Assembly (NCBI GenBank): GCA_964473645.1
Contig: CAYYPW010000032.1
Coordinates: forward strand, 665 to 24,664
DNA length: 24,000 nt
Source: an uncultured Moraxellaceae bacterium
GTDB taxonomy: Bacteria > Pseudomonadota > Gammaproteobacteria > Pseudomonadales > Ketobacteraceae
Direction of reading: 5' to 3'
The notes under the pieces are model-generated. The model did not search any database, was not told the origin of the DNA, and worked only from the letters and a program-made list of their open reading frames with translations. Below, in pieces: positions 9,222 through 17,323 of the stretch (positions are counted from its first letter, which is position 1; each line of letters begins with the position of its first letter). The position numbers and the translations under genes were made by a program.

Positions 9222-9472
9222 TCTTCAATCAGTCCGTGCTTTACTGTCTTACCTGCTTCGATCTCGGCAATAGCTTGGTTGAGACGCTCGGCGTTTTTGG
9301 GGCTGGCCATTAAATAAGCTGTTTCTTCGTAAGACTTGAAATCCTCCAGCGACATGATCACCGCCGGCTTGCCGTTCTGCCGGGTAATTAGGATGGGGAT
9401 ATGATCTTCGTTCACTTTGTCGAGCGTACTGGCTAAATGGGTTCTAAAGGCAGAGTAACTGATTGAGTCCAT
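9218..9472 (-). CDS. yefM: YefM/Phd-family antitoxin
   Basis: ATG at 9472 is preceded by AAGGAGGCCACC. Translation MDSISYSAFRTHLASTLDKVNEDHIPILITRQNGKPAVIMSLEDFKSYEETAYLMASPKNAERL is typical YefM. The track start at 9613 is an upstream extension with no homology. Confidence 0.92.
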   Translation of the reverse strand: MDSISYSAFRTHLASTLDKVNEDHIPILITRQNGKPAVIMSLEDFKSYEETAYLMASPKNAERLNQAIAEIEAGKTVKHGLIEE

Positions 9473-9487
9473 GGTGGCCTCCTTCGA

Positions 9488-9530
9488 AGTTGTACGCATC
9501 ATTGTACTTGTACAAATACACGTACGCAAG
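9488..9530 (-). promoter_or_regulatory. Putative yefM-yoeB promoter with GTAC-core operator repeats
   Basis: On the minus strand: TTGCGT (9524-9529), a 17-nt spacer, then TACAAT (9501-9506), 29 nt upstream of the yefM ATG. Four GTAC cores at 9492, 9504, 9510 and 9522 are arranged symmetrically about 9508/9509 and include the palindrome TTGTACAA (9508-9515). E. coli YefM-YoeB operators are built on TGTACA cores. Confidence 0.5.
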
Positions 9531-9695
9531 AAAAGCTGAAATGAACTGAACTCGGTAAACGCGATTTGCGACTTGGCATCAACCCCAGGTGTCAGGATAG
9601 TTTGCAGTAACAAGAGTGGTTACTCAGGATTCCTCAGGCGCATATCGTACGTAGTTGGAGGCCAGTCGCCACCCCACCACCATGTATTTTGTATG

Positions 9696-9728
9696 AAAAA
9701 GGCTGATCCGTAAGGGTTGGCCTTTTTT
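9696..9728 (+). terminator. Rho-independent-terminator-like hairpin (plus-strand specific)
   Basis: AAAAAGGCTGATCC-GTAA-GGGTTGGCCTTTTTT forms a 9-bp stem (3 G-U pairs, so it only folds well as plus-strand RNA), flanked by A5 and T6. No plus-strand gene lies upstream. It sits exactly at the AT-rich to GC-rich boundary. Confidence 0.4.
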
Positions 9729-10128
9729 GTTTGTTGGGTTGCCAATCATTCTTTCAACTTTTGGTTAATATGGCACATAAGCGTGCCTTAACACGCCAGC
9801 TGAGCCGACGCGCAGCGATCGGATCTAGTTGCTTGTTATGCGACGTTGCGGGCCGCCTGAGCTGTATAGTGGCATTCTACCTTTTGCGGACGTCCTGCTT
9901 TTCAGTGGGCGTCGATCTTGCAAATTACCGCCCGAACCGCTTCGGAGCGTCCTGGCCAATTGCGCCAACAAAGCCCACCCCAATGCCGCAATTCTGCATC
10001 CTGCCCGATTGAGCAATCTGGCATCCGCGCCCGCCGCGCGACTTAACACCCACCCCATCCATCCACGCTGTCCAATACGCCAAGCAATCGATACACTGCA
10101 AGCAATTACGGTATCAAGGGATTGAACC

Positions 10129-10892
10129 ATGTCATTGGCCAGGATGGCCGTGCCTGCTCCGACGCTCCCCTACGAGCGCCACCGGCCGGAAGAAACATTT
10201 CTCTATCAACTCATCGAAGCCCATTACCCCGAGTTTCGCACCCACCTCGAAGCCCAAGGACAAACGCTGCCCGTTTTCGCCCAACAGGAATTCGACGATT
10301 TCCTCAAATGCGGTCGCCTTGACTACGGATTCTTGCGGGTGTGCTGTGAAGATTGCAAGCATGAGCGCTTGGTCACCTTCAGCTGCAAGCGGCGGGGCTT
10401 CTGCCCCAGTTGCGGCGCTCGGCGGATGGTGGAGTGCGCCGCCTTGCTGGTGGACGAAGTGTTACCGGTAGAACCTATTCGTCAATGGGTGCTGAGTTTT
10501 CCCTACGAACTGCGATTTCTGCTGGCTCAACAACCCTCCATGATGGGCAAGGTGCTGGAGATCGTCAATCGCACACTGGCCACCCACTTGGTCAAGAAAG
10601 CCGGGGTCAACAAGCACACACTGCCCATACAGGTGCCGTCACCCTGATTCAACGCTTCGGCTCTGCGCTGAATTTGAATATTCACTTTCACATGCTTTTT
10701 CTGGACGGCGTTTACGCCGAAGACAGATACGGCGTCATGCGCTTTCACCGCGTCAAGACTCCGACTATAGAGGAACTCAACTCCCTGGTGCATCAGCTCT
10801 CTCATCGTGTCACACGGTTTCTGGAGAAAAAGGCTGGCTGCAACGCGACGCAGAAAATACCTATTTGCTGCTGGATTCTATCGACCAGAGAA
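10129..10892 (+). pseudogene. IS91-family (rolling-circle, Y2) transposase remnant, frameshifted and 3-prime truncated
   Basis: - N-terminal zinc-binding domain: CGRLDYGFLRVCCEDCKHERLVTFSCKRRGFCPSCGARRM.
- Homology continues in another frame after about 10600-10615: AHTGAVTLIQRFGSALNLNIHFHMLFLDGVY.
- It shifts again at the A-run near 10825-10830: EKKGWLQRDAENTYLLLDSIDQ.
- It stops near 10890, roughly 250 of an expected 400 aa. Confidence 0.8.
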
Positions 10893-10932
10893 TAGGGGCT
10901 TTATTCGTCTTATCCCCGTCCTGTTCGATGCA

Positions 10933-12651
10933 CTACAAACCATGAACATCCAGCTTGCAGCTCGGCTGCTGGCCGATCAAGTACAAACTATTCTTTACAT
11001 GGCTTTTCTTTAAATAGCCCAAAAAACCGGCCCGTTTTGCATTACTACCCACAGCATCTGCGACATCTGAACGTTTTTGCCCCGTCAATGCATACCCGAC
11101 AACTTGTTGCTGATTCTCATCAACGATGTGTATCGCTTTAGGGGAGTTCTTACCATCAGGATAATATATCCAACCTATTACCTGAACAAAATCAACATCT
11201 GGTGCAACATCTACAACTCGATCCAAACTACCCAAGCATTCGGGTAACGATCTGGTTTCTGCACTTTTTCCTATCAACTGCCGAACATCCTTTATATAGA
11301 AATGGCCAAATACCGATAAGTTTCTTTCCGAAGACATTTTTGAAGTCATTAGCGCTTCATCAGCAAAGGGGTAAATATGATTTATTTGTCCATTATCTTT
11401 TATACCTAGTTCAAGCGCCAGCGCTGCTACCCATCTATTAAAATGTTCGTCCCTTTGTGAAAAAAACGCCTCTTTCTGTACTGGCAGGAATGATACGGGA
11501 ATAAGCATGATCAGCCCTATAGCTAGATATTTATGACGTTTTATTATGTGTGATAGCGCAGGCGCATATAGTATTAACAAAGCAATCCAAGCCATAATTG
11601 CAGGTGTTTGATAACGATAAGACAAGGACTGTTCAATACCAAAAACAACTCTTCCACCCGCGGTGCCAAGGGCAGAGCCACCAATATACAGAAGCAGAGT
11701 AATTAGCCCCAAATGGAGCGAACTACTATAGCGAAATTTCAATACATCCTTGCTAAAATAAATTGAACTTGCAATTAAGAATAGACCAGCCAACTGAGCG
11801 ATTAATTTATGTCCCCCACCCCACATATAATAAAAAGGGCTGCCTAGATATAACAATACATATTGCATTAACTCTATCGGGTTGTTCAGCAATGCCTCTG
11901 ATAGTGAGCCATGACCGTGAACAGAATGGTAATTCCGAAAATATACGCCAGTAGCCAAACAAGCAAGTATCGCCAAAATCAAGACTCTTTGCCATTTCAT
12001 CCTCAAAGCCAAGCCAAGCATGGTCATAAGTGGCAATGCCAGCACGCCATTTGCCATTGTACCTATTGACCCAAAACCCATAATACAGGCAAGCAGAAAA
12101 AATGCCGTTGAATGCTTCTCCGAAGAGTGGGCGCGATGAAGCAAGTAGAAAGAAAAAAATGGCAGTAGCTGTGCGAGAAAAAACTGGCTTTGAAAGCCCC
12201 AGGTAAAATTTTCTCGCTGGGTCCAGCAAAACAAAAGAACTATGATAAGAAACCCTATGATTCTACGAACAAAAACGTCATGAAAAGTGCTAACTCTTTC
12301 TTTTAAACACGCAAAAAAAAGTACGCACAACGCCGCAGCTAACAAATAATTAATTATAATTAAAAAATAAATTTTGCCTCCAAACCAAGCAAGATCCACC
12401 CAAAACAAAAGACGCGAAAGAAATATGCGGTGTTCATTATGCTGTGCCCACCATTCATGTACATCTCCATTGACAATACTTAAATAGGATCCAAGATAGC
12501 CATGCGTAGCCCACATATCCCAGAAGGGCACCGGCGAATAGCCTTTAATCCCTCCCACTGCACACGCTAAGAAAAAAAATGCGGCAAAAAAACCCATAAC
12601 ACCAATAGATACACTTTCTATATCGAGATTAACAGCAAAACGACGCATCAT
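10933..12651 (-). CDS. Polytopic inner-membrane protein with C-terminal soluble domain (possible GT-C-type glycosyltransferase or polysaccharide-related protein)
   Basis: Uninterrupted 572-aa ORF. About 12 or more hydrophobic helices cover the first roughly 390 aa (e.g. HNEHRIFLSRLLFWVDLAWFGGKIYFLIIINYLLAAALCVLFF). A roughly 180-aa hydrophilic C-terminus follows. The functional call is a guess from topology only. Confidence 0.7.
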   Translation of the reverse strand: MMRRFAVNLDIESVSIGVMGFFAAFFFLACAVGGIKGYSPVPFWDMWATHGYLGSYLSIVNGDVHEWWAQHNEHRIFLSRLLFWVDLAWFGGKIYFLIIINYLLAAALCVLFFACLKERVSTFHDVFVRRIIGFLIIVLLFCWTQRENFTWGFQSQFFLAQLLPFFSFYLLHRAHSSEKHSTAFFLLACIMGFGSIGTMANGVLALPLMTMLGLALRMKWQRVLILAILACLATGVYFRNYHSVHGHGSLSEALLNNPIELMQYVLLYLGSPFYYMWGGGHKLIAQLAGLFLIASSIYFSKDVLKFRYSSSLHLGLITLLLYIGGSALGTAGGRVVFGIEQSLSYRYQTPAIMAWIALLILYAPALSHIIKRHKYLAIGLIMLIPVSFLPVQKEAFFSQRDEHFNRWVAALALELGIKDNGQINHIYPFADEALMTSKMSSERNLSVFGHFYIKDVRQLIGKSAETRSLPECLGSLDRVVDVAPDVDFVQVIGWIYYPDGKNSPKAIHIVDENQQQVVGYALTGQKRSDVADAVGSNAKRAGFLGYLKKSHVKNSLYLIGQQPSCKLDVHGL

Positions 12652-13204
12652 GCATTTCCCAAAATTACTTTATACCGTTCACATTTCAACAATTTTTCTA
12701 TCAATTTTTGATCGCTCCGCATATCTTGCAGAAAGCTGTAATATAACCATATGATTTTTCAACCTTGTAGCATCCAGATTAGTGGCCACCTTTCTAACCG
12801 GTTGATCACCCTTTAGCCATAAAAAAGCACCACTGCAATTCCTTACACCAACTGGAAACTCACTTTAGGAGGGATTCTGAATCTTTTTCCCCAATTGATT
12901 CAGTAGTATTTTCGCATTTAATTTCAAGGTATTTCTTAATTTGTATTGCACAATGTTACAAACTATCGAACACAGTGTAATCACCAGCATGGGTGCGCTG
13001 ATTCGCTTTTCCGATTTCAAGAAAATGAAAACCACAACAAACTAGGAATTTTTAAAAATTGGAAGCCTGGCTCCATATCCTGCTGATTGTTATAATCTTC
13101 AGTATCTGAGAATTAGGCCATGCGATTGTAATATTCGTAATCATCTAATCGACGTTGCCCTGCCACTAAACGCTGACTTCGGCACCCCTTTTCCGCGTGT
13201 TTCT

Positions 13205-13480
13205 CTAACAACGAGCATCAAAACACAATAATGAAGAACGCCAAGCTAGAATTTTTTCATCCTCCGTCAGCAATGTGGCGTTTAATTGCATCGCTGTAGC
13301 TACAATAAAACGATCGGCTGGGCCTCAATGATCCCATTTCAGGCCGACGGCTGTCAAGGCAAGGCGGCCATCCAAAGGAACCTCTTTAACCCCTGCATCA
13401 ACAAGATCCGCATGCTGAGGGGGGGGGAACGCGGCGGTTTTGCCGAACACGGCTCTTGATTTTTGAGCGCATTCTCTCAT
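13205..13480 (-). pseudogene. VapC-like PIN-domain toxin remnant (N-terminally truncated, in-frame TGA)
   Basis: The minus-strand frame from ATG 13480 reads ...KEVPLDGRLALTAVGLKWDH*GPADRFIVATAMQLNATLLTEDEKILAW.... This matches the C-terminal half of PIN toxins (consensus ...LPHRDPADRFLAATA...LTLVTADERLL). TGA sits where Arg is expected (13325-13327). The N-terminal acidic PIN motifs are absent. Confidence 0.55.
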
Positions 13481-14125
13481 GCCTCTCCGAACATCGTGCG
13501 CGGAGATCTTTTGGCCGCGTTGCTTTCGCGGCTCAAAAATTCGTTCTTAATCTCTAAAATCTCCAAATCCGCTTCGATTTTGGGCTGCCGTAAACTTACA
13601 AAATATAGACAGCCAAAACAAATATAAAGTAACAACAATAACCGCGCAGGATTAGTGACTCGTAATTCGGCTTCGGCCGTGGATCATTTCATTCGCAAAT
13701 CGAAGCAAACCCAATGCGGCAATGTGCCATCCGGCCAGCATACTGACGTCTGGCGTCCAGCTTTTTACGGGCGACGATGCGAGCCAAGAAGCCAACGCTT
13801 TGCTTTTTACGAGCGAACCCAAGCCAAAAACTGCCTTATGTTAGGAGCCATAACTTCGCGTTAAGTGGATTGGGGGTGCTCGGTCGGCGTTATAGCCTTG
13901 GTGAGTTTCATCGGGGCTTTTCGCTTTTTAGGGTTGGATAAATTTTGAGCCCCATATTTTCGTAGCCTTTTCCTACATTGCCTCGCACGCCATCGCAGTA
14001 GAACTTACGCTTTTACACTTCACACGCTCGATTTTCCTGATGCGGCTTCAACACACTCATGCCAATTGGTCCTGCTACCAAATCTGCCAATTGCAAGCCT
14101 GACGACATCGCCTTTTTATCAGCAA

Positions 14126-14692
14126 TCAGGCATTCACCCCGCTTGCATTGGGCAAACTGTCATTCTCCAAGCGCTGACGAGAGCGTTCAATGGCCTTGCA
14201 GCTTTTGTTGCAACACCGACTTGGGTGGTAATTCGATCAAGTAATCAGCCACGTCAATTCCACTGGAATCTAGCTCCAGCAATTCGATCTTCTCCTTTTT
14301 TACCACTGCACAAAATAATGCCCAATGGCGCGGCTTCGCCCGGTTCCTGCTCATGTTTGGCCAACCAGCGTATGCAAAGCTCCATCTGGCCCTTATCTGC
14401 GGCCTTAAAATTAGCCAGTTTGAGATCAATCGCTACCAAGCGTTGCAAGCGACGGATGTAGAACAGCAAATCAATATAAGAATCATCATTGTCGATCTGT
14501 ATGCGTTTTTGCCGTGCCACAAAGGTAAAGCTCGCGCCCCCTCCAGCGTTCCTGACTGTACATCTGGGCATATAAGTCGCGTTTGAGCGAGTCTTTAAGG
14601 TAGATCAGTTCCAAAAAATGGCTCCATGCCAATTGTCTCGACAGTGTCGAGACAATCTGAGCCTCGGGGTACGCCTCGGTAAACCGCAGCAT
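14126..14692 (-). pseudogene. DUF1016/YhcG-type PDDEXK nuclease remnant (5-prime truncated, internal deletion, multiple frameshifts)
   Basis: Homology is spread over four minus-strand frames:
- MLRFTEAYPEAQIVSTLSRQLAWSHFLELIYLKDSLKRDLYAQMYSQERW
- GGGASFTFVARQKRIQIDNDDSYIDLLFYIRRLQRLVAIDLKLANFKAADKGQMELCIRWLAKHEQEPGE
- IELLELDSSGIDVADYLIELPPKSVLQQKLQ
- AIERSRQRLEN

About 90-100 codons normally found between the ERW and GF.FV.RQ segments are missing. Confidence 0.75.
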
Positions 14693-14778
14693 AGTGCGTA
14701 AGTTTATTTCTTATCTATCATGACTTCTCATACTAACCCACTCACCCACCCCGTTTTTTTCGAGTGAAACGGTAGCTA

Positions 14779-17158
14779 ATGGAAGAACAGGAAACGCTGT
14801 CCGCATTGCGGGTTGAAAATGCGCGCTTGATTGCACTACTTGAGGTGCATGGCATTGACTGGCGACAATCTGTGCCGCGCCCCCTCATACCAAGCAAAGG
14901 TGAGGCTGAACCTTCAAAACTCATTATCAATGAGAAAATTACCCTTTTTCGCTCACTATTTCGCGGTCGATCTGATGTTTGTGCACTTCGATGGGAAAAT
15001 AAAAAGGGCGATTCTGGCTACACACCCGCTTGTGCCAATGAATGGCGAACGGGTGTCTGCGGCAAACCCACCATCAAGTGTTCTGCGCGCAGAAATCGTG
15101 TATTGATTCCTCTCACGGACGTAACGCTCTATGACCATCTGATTGGCAAGCATACGATTGGGATTTATCCACTTCTTGCAGACGATACCTGTCATTTTCT
15201 GGCCGTTGACTTCGACGATGCGGATTGGAAGGCCGATGCACAAGCATTCGCGCAATCCTGTCATGAATTGAATGTCCCAGTGGCAATAGAAATCTCTCGT
15301 TCCGGCACCGGGGCACTTGCCTGGATATTTTTCACGGACAAAGTTTCAGCACAAAGCGCACGAAGGCTCGGCACGGCGCTCATCAGTCATACCTGTGCAC
15401 GCACCCGGCAGTTGAAACTTCGCTCGTATGACCGACTATTCCCCAACCAAGACACCTTGCCAAAAGGCGGTTTCGGGAATTTGATCGCCCTTCCACTGCA
15501 AAAAAATCCTCGCGAGAAAAACTGCAGTATATTTGTGGATCAAGAATTTCATCCTTATGTGGACCAGTGGGCATTTTTAGCCTCAATGATGTTGAGCCGA
15601 CAATACTGCGCGTTACCGCGGGGGGGCACCCTCTTGATGTCACCTTTATCGACGACGAGGATCAGAAATAGCCTTGGAAAAGCTCCGCAGCTCTTCCCCG
15701 GAAACTCAACGAACCCATGCCATCATCGATCACGATCACGCAAGCCAATCTTCTGTACTTTGAAAAATCTCAACTTCCGCAATCCTTGGCCAACCGCCTG
15801 ATCCGCCTTGCCGCGTTTCAAAATCCAGAGTTTTATAAAGCCCAAGCTATGCGCCTGTCGGTGTGGAACAAGCCACGCGCTATCTGTTATGGTGAAAAAT
15901 CGGCTGTGCGGAAAACTTTCCGCACCATATCGCGCTGCCTCGTGGTTGCCTGGATGCGGTAAATGCATTGCTGCACGATAACCATATTCAAAAATTGATT
16001 ACTGACGAACGCTTCGCGGGTACAACGATCGATGTCACTTTCACCGGTGCACTACACTCGGATCAGGAAACCGCTGTCATGGCAATGCTGAAACATGATG
16101 TGGGCGTGCTATGCGCTCCCACAGCATTTGGTAAAACCGTCACCGCTGCTGCAATTATTACCCGACGAGCAACCAATACGCTCATCCTTGTTCATCGCTC
16201 CGAGTTGCTCAAACAATGGAAAGAACGGTTGCAAACCTTTCTTGGTGTCGACAAAGGCTTCATTGGATTCATTGGCGGAGGAAAAGCAAAACCAACCGGT
16301 AAGATTGATATTGCTGTTATGCAATCCTTGTCACGCCAAGGAAAGATCAGTGATCTAGTTGAATGCTATGGGCAGGTAATCATAGATGAATGCCACCACA
16401 TCGGGGCGGTATCATTTGATGCAATTTTGAACCGTGTCAAGGCGAAATATGTGCTGGGACTTACGGCAACGCCAATTCGACGCGATGGACAACAGCCTAT
16501 CATTTTCATGCAGTGCGGCCCGATTCGCCACAGTGCTGCCAAACCTGAAAACGCACCTCATGACATGACAGTCATAACGCGATACCTGAATGGAACAATC
16601 GAATTACCAAAGGAGTCTGGTATTCAAGACGTTTTCCGGCATATTGCAAATGATGCTGAACGCACATCAAACATAGTCGCGGCCATCAAGGACGCTTATG
16701 ATCAAGGCAGGAAGGTTCTGGTACTTACTGAGCGCACCGAACACGTGGAGGGTATTTCATCGGCACTCAAGGAAGTAACGTCGCCGTTTTTTGTTCTGCA
16801 TGGAAGGATGCCCAAAAAGCAGCGCACTACCGTGATCAATGATTTGAATGCGCTCGCCCCAGACGCACCACGCATTCTGCTCGCGACAGGCAAGCTGGTG
16901 GGCGAGGGATTCGATCACCCGCCACTGGATACGCTGGTGCTGGCGATGCCAATTTCCTGGAAAGGCACTTTGCAACAATATGCAGGGAGATTGCATCGTG
17001 AACATGCAACCAAATCGGATGTACGCATCATTGATTTCATCGACACTGGTCACATGGCCTTGCGGCGAATGTGGGAAAAACGGCGACGTGGCTATCAGGT
17101 GATGGGCTATCGTGTGGAAAACGGCATGATTTTGTCGCTGTTTGATAATGCCCACTGA
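14779..17158 (+). pseudogene. Archaeo-eukaryotic primase-polymerase (AEP) + SF2 DExH helicase fusion gene, disrupted
   Basis: - AEP part: RWENKKGDSGYTPACANEW, FLAVDFDDADW (DxD), EISRSGTGALAWIFF, YDRLFPNQDTLPKGGFGNLIALPLQ.
- Helicase part: APTAFGKTV (motif I), IIDECHH (II), GLTATP (III), QYAGRLHR (VI).
- The reading frame changes near 15586-15590.
- There is an in-frame TAG at 15669-15671.
- The frame changes again at a 17-nt insertion (15882-15898). Confidence 0.85.
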
Positions 17159-17234
17159 CCATCGAATGCTGGAATTTTACAAATCCATTGTCTGCGTATT
17201 GTGGACGGCCCGAGCAATGAATCTCTGCATACCA

Positions 17235-17320
17235 ACCAATACCACACCCATTTACATCCATTTTCGCCAACCAACCTTACTTCCGCCTATGAAATGGGTG
17301 TAAATGGGTGTAGTATTGGT
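17235..17320. repeat. 21-bp inverted repeat (1 mismatch) with 44-nt spacer plus tandem 10-mer, immediately upstream of the Fic gene
   Basis: The left arm ACCAATACCACACCCATTTAC (17235-17255) pairs with the right arm GTAAATGGGTGTAGTATTGGT (17300-17320). AAATGGGTGT is tandemly duplicated at 17292-17301 and 17302-17311. The right arm ends 3 nt before the fic ATG (17324). Confidence 0.9.
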
Positions 17321-17323
17321 TTC

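Noticed and set aside
9728-9740. GTTGGGT (fits the integron attC core GTTRRRY) next to a toxin-antitoxin cassette, suggesting an integron cassette array
   Set aside because: I found no complementary inverse core (RYYYAAC) with attC-like imperfect symmetry. The window has no intI and no repeated attC-like units. A single 7-mer match is expected by chance.
9731-10130. Mutually overlapping 93-101-aa ORFs on both strands in the GC-rich stretch upstream of the IS91 transposase
   Set aside because: The translations are Arg/Ala/Pro-rich, as expected from random GC-rich DNA, with no motif. All three overlap one another. This is probably the non-coding 5-prime flank of the IS91-type element.
12953-13045. 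30-aa plus-strand ORF (MLQTIEHSVITSMGALIRFSDFKKMKTTTN), considered as an antitoxin fragment
   Set aside because: It is too short, has no convincing SD and has no motif that I can assign.
13419-13427. G9 homopolymer considered as a phase-variation (slipped-strand) switch
   Set aside because: With nine Gs the surrounding remnant is already in frame. The gene is inactivated by truncation and a nonsense codon instead, so the tract has no functional ORF to switch.
13655-14125. GC-rich region with 61-131-aa ORFs on the plus strand and short minus-strand ORFs
   Set aside because: I could recognise no domain in any of the six frames, and the ORFs overlap one another. It is probably degraded sequence. 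A BLASTX search might still reveal a remnant that I cannot see.
15586-15915. Programmed ribosomal frameshifting or recoding in the AEP-helicase gene
   Set aside because: There are at least three independent lesions of different kinds: an indel, a TAG nonsense codon and a 17-nt insertion. No slippery heptamer or stimulatory structure is evident, so pseudogenisation is the simpler reading.
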